A stretch of 17,826 nucleotides of DNA, taken from assembly GCA_964531465.1 (NCBI GenBank), contig CAZHEC010000005.1, positions 1 through 17,826 of the forward strand, in the 5' to 3' direction. The translations under genes and the position numbers were made by a program. Positions 7,105 to 16,677 of this stretch are shown here, piece by piece. This stretch comes from an uncultured Nitrososphaeria archaeon. Its GTDB lineage: Archaea > Thermoproteota > Nitrososphaeria_A > Caldarchaeales > Wolframiiraptoraceae. Position 1 is the first letter of the stretch, and each line of letters opens with the position of its first letter. The notes below the pieces were generated by a model that was not told the DNA's origin, ran no database searches, and saw only the letters and a program-made list of their open reading frames with translations.

Positions 7105-8338
7105 CCACCGAGAGTCTCCGGAGCTTCTCGGCCAGATATGGGGGTGCCTCGGCATCCACCTTCACATAATCCTCACCATATCTTACATTGATTATCTTGG
7201 CTCTTCCATATAGCTCATTTAGAATCTTTGGTGTCCGCCCATCATAAGGTAGTGTAGCTTCCACCTTGATGAAGCCCCCCATCATCTCAGAGGCTTTGGC
7301 CTCAAGCTCCCTCAAGCCCCAGCCATACTTAGCCGATATCATGACGTATGGGTTCCTTACATCAAGCTCGGAAACCCTCTCCTCCAGGTCTACGCCGTCA
7401 AGCCTATCAATCTTGTTAAGGACTATTAGTGTTGGAACATCCTGAGCGCCTATGCTGCTAAGCGTGTCAAGGGAGGTCTCAACCTTCTCTCTCACCTGAT
7501 CTAGTGGTTCAGAGAAATCGGCGACCAGCAGTATCAGATTTGATAGAGCTATCTCCCTGAGGGTTGCATAGAATGCCTCGACCAGGAGGGTTGGCAGATT
7601 TTTTATAAATCCTACAGTGTCGGAGAGGAAGACCGGTTTTCCATTGAACCTGGTTATCCTCGTGGTGGGGGTGAGGGTCGTGAAGAGCTGGTCATTAACC
7701 TCGACTTCTTCGTGAGTTAATGCGTTGAAGAGTGTTGATTTCCCAGCATTCGTGTATCCTGCCAGCGAGATTAATGGGAGGCCGAATCGTCTCCTCTCAA
7801 GCCTCATCAAGTCCATATGCCTCTTAATGTCCTCCAGCTTCCTGTTAATAGAGACAACACGCCTGTGAACCTCATCATAATAGACATCCGCCTCATATGC
7901 CCCGAGGCCATGGAACCCGGGCTGCTCACCCATCTTAGCAAGCCTAACCTTCTCCTTAGCTCTCGATAGCTCGTATTTGAGCTCGGCCAGCTTAATCTGT
8001 AGCTTAGCTTCTTTGCTATGTGCATGCATACTGAATATCTCAAGGATTAGCTGGGTCCGGGTCATCACGGGAACCTTGAGGGTCTTCACGAGGTTATATT
8101 CCTGAACAGGCTTCACCTCATTTTCAAATATTACCTTGGATATTCGGAGCCTCTTCACCGCGTCTTTAAGCTCTCCCAGTTTTCCAGGACCTATGTTGTA
8201 TTTTGGATGTGGCCTCCTGACCTGTTTAAGCTGGTAGACCACCTCGTATCCAGCCGTCTTACAGAGTTCTCTAAGCTCGTCTAGGTTGTCCCGCTCTCCA
8301 GGGTTAATCCGCTGAACTATCGCTACCCGTTCCGCCAC
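7079..8338 (-). CDS. hflX: GTPase HflX
   Basis: 419 aa. HflX N-domain, glycine-rich linker 'GPGKLGELKDAVKRL', 'MGEQPGFHGLGAYEADVYYDEVHRRVVSINRKL', G1 'GYTNAGKST', G3 'DTVGF', G4 'NKID'. GTG start preceded by a GGAGGAG Shine-Dalgarno. Confidence 0.95.
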   Translation of the reverse strand: MAERVAIVQRINPGERDNLDELRELCKTAGYEVVYQLKQVRRPHPKYNIGPGKLGELKDAVKRLRISKVIFENEVKPVQEYNLVKTLKVPVMTRTQLILEIFSMHAHSKEAKLQIKLAELKYELSRAKEKVRLAKMGEQPGFHGLGAYEADVYYDEVHRRVVSINRKLEDIKRHMDLMRLERRRFGLPLISLAGYTNAGKSTLFNALTHEEVEVNDQLFTTLTPTTRITRFNGKPVFLSDTVGFIKNLPTLLVEAFYATLREIALSNLILLVADFSEPLDQVREKVETSLDTLSSIGAQDVPTLIVLNKIDRLDGVDLEERVSELDVRNPYVMISAKYGWGLRELEAKASEMMGGFIKVEATLPYDGRTPKILNELYGRAKIINVRYGEDYVKVDAEAPPYLAEKLRRLSVDGGFKVVG

Positions 8339-8380
8339 TTTCTCCTCCAGGCTTGAGAAAGCTGGCCCCCTCCTTAAACC

Positions 8381-8722
8381 TTACCTTTCCCTTTCTTTTC
8401 TCAGAAGGTCTCCGAGGCTAATTCCCGTGGATGGTTTTCCCATGTTGCTGTATGAGGTCTCCTCAAGCTCCTCAACAGGAACTAGGATACGGATGTTTAG
8501 TGTTTTCTCGAGTTTTCGGGCTAGGTCGAGGGACGGCCTGAACTCTCCCGACTCTATCTTCTTGACTATTGTTAGTTTCTCATTAATCATCTGAGCCAAA
8601 TCCTCCTGGCTTAACCCCATATCCATTCTCGCCCTCCTAACAATCTCTCCATAGTCCTCCACAAGCTCTAAATCCTCGCCTGGGAGAATATCACGCCTCC
8701 TGCTCCTCCGAATCCTACTCAT
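8381..8722 (-). CDS. MBF1-like HTH protein lacking the N-terminal zinc ribbon
   Basis: 'ELVEDYGEIVRRARMDMGLSQEDLAQMINEKLTIVKKIESGEFRPSLDLARKLEKTLNIRILVPVEE...' matches archaeal MBF1. No cysteines are present. The track start at 8725 is GTG; the adjacent ATG at 8722 is equally likely. Confidence 0.85.
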   Translation of the reverse strand: MSRIRRSRRRDILPGEDLELVEDYGEIVRRARMDMGLSQEDLAQMINEKLTIVKKIESGEFRPSLDLARKLEKTLNIRILVPVEELEETSYSNMGKPSTGISLGDLLRKERER

Positions 8723-8779
8723 CACATATAAGAGCCATTAAGAACGTATTAAGGGTTTGATAAGCTATAAGGAGTGTTG

Positions 8780-9859
8780 ATGAATAGGAGGAGGGTTGTA
8801 AAGATTCTGGGGGGTGTAGCCGCATTAACCCTAACTGGAGCCATTGCTTACAGGGTTCTTTGGCCTAAAAGCATTGGCGGAGAAGGTGTTGAAGCCGATG
8901 TTGAGATAGTCGCCGAGGGTTTGGAGGCTCCATGGAGTATCGCTACACTCGATGACGGGTTAATAGTATCTGAGAGGCCTGGGAGAATTCTTATTATTCG
9001 TGGAGGTGGGAAGAGGCTCATCAAGGAGTTTGATGTGGCCGCCGTGGGGGAGGCAGGTCTACTTGGGATAGCCCTTCACCCCGAGTATAACTCAAGACCT
9101 AAACTGTATCTCTACATAAGCTACTTTAAAGATGGAAGAATTATGAACAAGGTTGTCTCAGGGAGATTAGATATAGAAAAGCTTAGGCTAACCAGTTTTG
9201 AGGATATCATAGACGGTATTCCTGGAGCGGCTATCCATGATGGGGGAAGGATAAGGTTCGGTCCAGACGGGATGCTATACATAACGACCGGCGATGCTGC
9301 TCAGCCCAGCATATCCCAGGACCTAGGCTCCCTGGCGGGAAAGATACTGCGTGTAGAGGATGATGGCTCCATACCCTCTGACAACCCCTTCCCAGGCAGC
9401 CCCATATACAGCTATGGCCACAGGAACCCGCAAGGAATAGACTGGCATAGGTCAGGCGCACTACTCTCATCCGAGCATGGACCAGTAGGTCATGACGAGG
9501 TGAACCTAATACTCCCAGGGGAGAACTATGGATGGCCCCACACAACGGGAACCGTGAACGGGGATTTTGGCCGCAGACCTCTAATCGACTTCGGGCCTGT
9601 TAGCGTCGCCCCATCCGGCTCATCATTCCTCGGAGACCATTTTCTAATCGCATGCCTTAGAGGTGAGCGGATTATTCGTCTAAGGTTTGATGGTGAAAAA
9701 GTTGGTGATGTTGTGAGCCTCTTTGTAGGCGAGTTTGGGAGATTGAGGGACGTGGTTCCCGAGCCAAGTGGAGGAGTATTAGTGGCTACCAGCAATAGGG
9801 ATGGGAGAGGGAGGCCGAGACCTGGAGACGACAAGATTCTGAGAATCCACATAGATTAA
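8780..9859 (+). CDS. PQQ-dependent aldose/sorbosone-type sugar dehydrogenase, exported (Tat-like signal)
   Basis: 'EVVAEGLEAPWSIATLDDGLIVSERPGRILII...EAGLLGIALHPEYN...YSYGHRNPQGIDWH...GALLSSEHGPVGHDEVNLILPGENYGWPHTTG' are hallmarks of the sGDH beta-propeller family. N-terminus is 'MNRRRVVKILGGVAALTLTGAIAY'. The track start at 8774 is GTG; the ATG at 8780 follows GGAG. Confidence 0.9.
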   Translation: MNRRRVVKILGGVAALTLTGAIAYRVLWPKSIGGEGVEADVEIVAEGLEAPWSIATLDDGLIVSERPGRILIIRGGGKRLIKEFDVAAVGEAGLLGIALHPEYNSRPKLYLYISYFKDGRIMNKVVSGRLDIEKLRLTSFEDIIDGIPGAAIHDGGRIRFGPDGMLYITTGDAAQPSISQDLGSLAGKILRVEDDGSIPSDNPFPGSPIYSYGHRNPQGIDWHRSGALLSSEHGPVGHDEVNLILPGENYGWPHTTGTVNGDFGRRPLIDFGPVSVAPSGSSFLGDHFLIACLRGERIIRLRFDGEKVGDVVSLFVGEFGRLRDVVPEPSGGVLVATSNRDGRGRPRPGDDKILRIHID

Positions 9860-9900
9860 TCATGGATAAAGTTATTAACTATCACAGAGTTTTCTCCTTA

Positions 9901-9909
9901 GGGAGGTGG
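9901..9909 (+). promoter_or_regulatory. Strong Shine-Dalgarno for hsp20
   Basis: GGGAGGTGG ends 4 nt before the ATG at 9914. Confidence 0.7.
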
Positions 9910-9913
9910 TTGT

Positions 9914-12669
<2,756 letters not shown>

Positions 12670-12672
12670 AAC

Positions 12673-14574
12673 CTACATCTCCTCGAGCACAGGTATCCCA
12701 AGAATCCTCATGGCATTGCCTAGAACTATCCTGAATGACTCTACTATACCTAGCCTGAACTTCCTTACGTCGGGAGGGGCCTGGAGAACCGGGACACGCT
12801 CATAGAAATTATTGAATTCTGAGGCAAGCTTGTAGGAGTAGGTTGCCAGGGTTTTTGGGGAAAGGTTTCTGCCAGCTTCCTCGACCACATCGGGGAATGA
12901 TGCAAGCATTCGTAGGAGATTCTTCTCCGCTTCACCCACATCTCCGGACACATTACCAGATGGAGGAGAGTCGGCCTTCTCCAGAATCCTACATGCACGT
13001 GCATAAGAGTATTGCAGATACGGTCCCGTATTCCCCTCAAGACGCATCATTTCACTCGTGTCCAACACTATTAGCTTGTCTGGGTCAGGTTTTATGAGGG
13101 CGTAGCGTAAAGCCCCTACAGCTATCTTCTCTGCCACCGTCCAGACCTTCTCTTGACTCCAGTCAGGATGCCTGTCTCTGGTCTCTTTAGCCGCCGTATC
13201 TCTGAGCATGTTGAGAAGTGCATCCACCTTTACATATAGCCCCCGCCTACCACTCATATGGACCATCTGTTCACCCCCCTTCGGCTTATACCCTAGATTG
13301 ACAGCATCCTTCACGCCCAAGGCCACAACTTCATACCCATAGTGGATGTATCGCTCATATGGGAGGTTGAGTAGCTTCAAGGCATACCTTACAATCTCCT
13401 GAGGCCTCGTCTGCCTAACATCTATAACATTTATGGAGAGGTCTACCATCCCGAGAGGTCTCCTTAATCTACCCTCCCTATCAGTTACTAGTATCTCTGT
13501 CCCATCCGGGTTTCTCCCCCACACATGGTAGGTGAAGTCCCCCTCGACGCCTCCTAGTTTCCAGGCTGCGTATGCTATGTCTCTGGCCACGTAGGTTGTG
13601 GTTCCATCGCTCTTTACCAGCACTTCGTCTCCCTCCTTGGAGAGCCTCGGATGCCCTGAGAGGTCGAGGAGCCAGCATCCCTTCTTAGACCCCTCCTCCG
13701 CCAGGTAGGCCGCACCACCCTCCTTAAGCCTCCCGAAGACATAGCTCCATAAGTCGAGGTGGAGGATGTCGCTCTCCATGTTCAATATATCATATCTTGC
13801 CCCGATCCTCCAGCAGGTCTTGAGCTGGTCTCTGAGAACCCTGTCAACCACCATCCTGTTAACCTCATAGTAGCGCCCTTCTCCGGACTCTATGGCCTTC
13901 GCTATCCTCCGCCTCTTCTCAGCTAGCCCGGGATCCCCATCGACCATGGCCGAAACCTTCACATAGACTATATCTCCACAGTATTCGTCGAACCTCATGC
14001 CTTGGGGCGGCTCGAGGCTATAGCCGAGTTCCGTGAAGCCCATCACTACGTCAGCCATCTGGGAACCGCTATCGTCTATGTAGTTGAGGACTGTTACCTT
14101 GTATCCTAGGAAGGTTAGGAGCCTGTATAGTGTGTCGCCTAGGCATATGTTCCTAGCATGTCCCACATGGAGGGGCTTGTTGGGGTTCACGCTTGTATGC
14201 TCGACCAATACGTGCCGCCCTCTCCCCAGATCATTCGAGCCGTAGCCCTCTGACTCGGAGAGTATAGTGGAGATGATTAGCGATGCATATCGCTTCCAGT
14301 TGACCTTGAAGTTGATGTATCCGCCTGCAGCCTCTACATCGGACACCAGCCCCTCCCCCACCTTTATCCTTCCAACGATCTCTCCCGCAAGCTCCACGGG
14401 GTTTCTTCCAAGCTTCCTTGCTAGCTCGAAAACCGAGTATGACGCCTCGCCATACCTGAAGCTCTTCGGGGGTCCGACCTTAGGCTCCTCTACGCCTGCC
14501 TTCCTAAGGAGCATGGATGCTTCCTCTAGAACCCTCCGATAAACCAGGACCCTAACCCCTCCCGAACCATCCAT
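12673..14574 (-). CDS. argS: Arginyl-tRNA synthetase
   Basis: 633 aa. HIGH-like motif 'VEHTSVNPNKPLHVGHARN', 'QMVHMSGRRGLYVKVDALL' at the KMSKS position, 'SYARACRILEKA' and the C-terminal DALR anticodon-binding region. Convergent with cdc48 with a 3-nt gap. Confidence 0.96.
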   Translation of the reverse strand: MDGSGGVRVLVYRRVLEEASMLLRKAGVEEPKVGPPKSFRYGEASYSVFELARKLGRNPVELAGEIVGRIKVGEGLVSDVEAAGGYINFKVNWKRYASLIISTILSESEGYGSNDLGRGRHVLVEHTSVNPNKPLHVGHARNICLGDTLYRLLTFLGYKVTVLNYIDDSGSQMADVVMGFTELGYSLEPPQGMRFDEYCGDIVYVKVSAMVDGDPGLAEKRRRIAKAIESGEGRYYEVNRMVVDRVLRDQLKTCWRIGARYDILNMESDILHLDLWSYVFGRLKEGGAAYLAEEGSKKGCWLLDLSGHPRLSKEGDEVLVKSDGTTTYVARDIAYAAWKLGGVEGDFTYHVWGRNPDGTEILVTDREGRLRRPLGMVDLSINVIDVRQTRPQEIVRYALKLLNLPYERYIHYGYEVVALGVKDAVNLGYKPKGGEQMVHMSGRRGLYVKVDALLNMLRDTAAKETRDRHPDWSQEKVWTVAEKIAVGALRYALIKPDPDKLIVLDTSEMMRLEGNTGPYLQYSYARACRILEKADSPPSGNVSGDVGEAEKNLLRMLASFPDVVEEAGRNLSPKTLATYSYKLASEFNNFYERVPVLQAPPDVRKFRLGIVESFRIVLGNAMRILGIPVLEEM

Positions 14575-14618
14575 ATGCTCCTAGAATTTAATCCCTCAAT
14601 AATTGGGGACTTCCTGAG

Positions 14619-14625
14619 TTTATAT
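14619..14625. promoter_or_regulatory. TATA-like element, possibly shared by the divergent argS and DRG-like GTPase genes
   Basis: TTTATAT on plus, ATATAAA on minus. It is about 30 nt upstream of the + strand ATG (14652) and about 48 nt upstream of the - strand argS ATG (14574). Confidence 0.4.
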
Positions 14626-14651
14626 CTAGGTTTTCGCCGGATGACTTTGGG

Positions 14652-15809
14652 ATGCCGGCTAATCTGCCAGCCGAGGCCCAGAAGGCCCTGGCCAAATATC
14701 AGGCTGCTAGGACGCCTAGGGAGAAGATTAAGGCTTTGGAAGAGGCCTTGAGCCTTATTCCAGCCCATAAGGGGACTGAGAAGCTTAGGGGTAGGCTGAG
14801 GAGGAGAATTGCGGAGCTTAGGAGGGAGGAGGAGAGGAGAGCAGCGGCCAAGTCTGGTAGAAGAGACTACTTCACAGTCCCGAGGGAAGGCCATGCACAG
14901 GTCGCCATAATAGGTGCAGCAAACTCGGGGAAATCCTCCATACTGAGAGCCTTAACTAATGCAAAGCCATTAGTCGCACCATACCCTTTCTCCACACCTA
15001 AGCCCACGCCAGGCATGCTACTACACCAAGGCTACGAGATACAGTTGGTGGAGGTTCCGGCGATATTGACTGAGGAGCTGGAGGAGACCCAGTTCACTGG
15101 GAGGGGGCTAGGTCTCGCTAAGAACGCCGACGCCCTTCTTATAGTCCTGGATGGTGCAAGCCGTCCCCTAACACAGCTCAGCAGGATTCTCAAGCTTCTG
15201 GACGAGGTGGGTGTAAGCATTAAGCCCAAGAGGGCTGAGGTGATGGTTGAGAAGAAGGACAGCGGAGGTGTAAGGCTTGTTGTCTTCGGAAGCCTCAAGG
15301 CCGGATATAGAGATGTTGAGGAGCTTCTCAAGAGCATAGGGATAAAGAACGCTGTAGTAAAGGTGTATGGAGATGCCGAGCTGGACGACATAGAGGAGGC
15401 AGTCATACGGGAAGTAATGATAAAGAAGGCGATATTAGTCCTTAACAAGTCCGACGCCGCAGACCCAGAGACGGTAAAGACCCTCAAGAAATTCCTCCAA
15501 GACCATGGAATACCATTTATAGCGATCTCCGCGGAGAAGGGTGAAGGACTCGAATCACTTAAGGAGAGGATACTCGAGTCCCTCCAGTTAATCAGGGTCT
15601 ACACCCAGAAGAACGGGGTCGTGGCTAATGAGCCGATAGTGGTTAGGAAGGGAACCACGGTGAAGGAGCTTGCCGAGATAATCCATAGGGAGATGGCGGA
15701 GAAGATGAGGTATGCCAGGGTTTGGGGGAAGTCGGTGAAGCTTCAGGGCCAGCAAGTAGGCCCAGACCACGAGCTAGAAGACGGAGACGTGGTCGAGATA
15801 TACACCTAG
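14652..15809 (+). CDS. DRG/OBG-family GTP-binding protein with C-terminal TGS domain
   Basis: 385 aa. DRG-like N-terminal helical region, G1 'GAANSGKSS', G4 'NKSD', and TGS domain 'IRVYTQKNG...PIVVRKGTTVKELAEIIHREMAEKMRYARVWGKSVKLQGQQVGPDHELEDGDVVEIYT'. Confidence 0.92.
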   Translation: MPANLPAEAQKALAKYQAARTPREKIKALEEALSLIPAHKGTEKLRGRLRRRIAELRREEERRAAAKSGRRDYFTVPREGHAQVAIIGAANSGKSSILRALTNAKPLVAPYPFSTPKPTPGMLLHQGYEIQLVEVPAILTEELEETQFTGRGLGLAKNADALLIVLDGASRPLTQLSRILKLLDEVGVSIKPKRAEVMVEKKDSGGVRLVVFGSLKAGYRDVEELLKSIGIKNAVVKVYGDAELDDIEEAVIREVMIKKAILVLNKSDAADPETVKTLKKFLQDHGIPFIAISAEKGEGLESLKERILESLQLIRVYTQKNGVVANEPIVVRKGTTVKELAEIIHREMAEKMRYARVWGKSVKLQGQQVGPDHELEDGDVVEIYT

Positions 15810-15848
15810 TTGAAAACTTTTATGGTGATTGTTCATGTGTTCCGTGGG

Positions 15849-16097
15849 ATGGCTCTGGAGGCAGTAGAGTCAATACTACTCGCAGTTCTGGTCGCTGCAT
15901 CGCTCGTAGCCGTGGAGTCCGAGAGGCTGACACGGGCCGTGCTAGGATTCCTCGTATTCACCATAGCGCTTGGAGCCATATTTATCTTCCTTAACGCAGC
16001 TTACCTCGGATTACTTGTTCTCCTAATATATGCGGGCGCCGCTATAGCGCTTCTCCTAATGGTTATTATGCTTACACGGGGGAGTGAGGAGGGGTGA
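15849..16097 (+). CDS. nuoJ: NADH dehydrogenase-like (complex I) subunit J, N-terminal half
   Basis: 'MALEAVESILLAVLVAASLVAVESERLTRAVLGFLVFTIALGAIFIFLNAAYLGLLVLLIYAGAAIALLLMVIMLT' matches the NuoJ N-terminal TM core (YxGAxxxLxxxVIML). The track extends to a TTG at 15810; a TATA-like TTTTATGG about 27 nt upstream supports 15849. Confidence 0.82.
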   Translation: MALEAVESILLAVLVAASLVAVESERLTRAVLGFLVFTIALGAIFIFLNAAYLGLLVLLIYAGAAIALLLMVIMLTRGSEEG

Positions 16098-16354
16098 GGG
16101 TCTCAGAGCTGATAGGCTCGATAACATCCATCTTCTTCGCCTTCATACTCTTCTTCAGCCTTGCCAGCAACCCACCAATCCATATAGCGTGGAAGAGGAC
16201 CAGCGAGCTGATAGCACCGGGAGACCTCCAGCTACTCGGAGCATCCATGGCCGAGTATATCTGGAGGAACCTCTTCCCAGCTCTCGTGGCTCTCATCTTG
16301 GTAGCAGTAGCCCTAGCAGTATCACTATACACTCTCCTTAGGGGGGGTGAGTGA
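16094..16354 (+). CDS. Complex I subunit J, C-terminal half
   Basis: 86 aa, two TM segments, GTGA overlap with the preceding gene. 'EYIWRNLFPALVALILVAVALAVSLYTLLRGGE' resembles NuoJ C-terminal helices. Assignment relies partly on position. Confidence 0.65.
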   Translation: MRVSELIGSITSIFFAFILFFSLASNPPIHIAWKRTSELIAPGDLQLLGASMAEYIWRNLFPALVALILVAVALAVSLYTLLRGGE

Positions 16355-16665
16355 TGGCTCTCCCAACATTCTACTACCCATTAGTATCCGCCCTAATTTT
16401 CACTATTGGCGTCTACTGCCTCGCAACCAAGAGAAACGTGATAAAGCAGGTGATAGCGATTGAGCTCATGGTGAATGCGGCGAACCTGAACTTTGTGGCC
16501 TTCGCCTACACCCCCGCGGGAGTAGACCCACTCGGCCTAAGCTTCGTCCTCCTCTCCCTAACCGTGGGAGCAGCCATAACAGCAGTAGCCCTGATACTCG
16601 CAGTCCAGATATACAGGACCTACGGGAGGCTCGACGTGGAACTACTACGCAGGCTGAGACGCTGA
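16351..16665 (+). CDS. nuoK: Complex I subunit K
   Basis: 'YYPLVSALIFTIGVYCLATKRNVIKQVIAIELMVNAANLNFVAFA......LGLSFVLLSLTVGAAITAVALILAVQIYRTYGRLDVELLRRLR' matches NuoK, with the conserved 'IxxxELMxNAxNLxFVAF'. ATG alternative at 16354. Confidence 0.93.
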   Translation: MMALPTFYYPLVSALIFTIGVYCLATKRNVIKQVIAIELMVNAANLNFVAFAYTPAGVDPLGLSFVLLSLTVGAAITAVALILAVQIYRTYGRLDVELLRRLRR

Positions 16666-16677
16666 ATCCCAGGAGCC

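Noticed and set aside
9231-9852. Minus-strand ORFs of 104 and 108 aa opposite the sugar dehydrogenase
   Set aside because: Antisense shadows; the forward-strand product has clear family motifs.
12765-13097. Plus- and minus-strand small ORFs inside argS
   Set aside because: They overlap a well-supported ArgS C-terminal region and show no independent signal.
15032-15487. 151-aa minus-strand ORF opposite the GTPase
   Set aside because: A Ser/Leu-rich antisense shadow of the GTPase domain; long only because of low stop frequency in GC-rich DNA.
15722-16341. Out-of-frame ORFs (90, 86, 85 aa) around the nuoJ genes
   Set aside because: Arg/Pro-rich translations inconsistent with membrane subunits; the overlapping nuoJ frames carry the TM segments.
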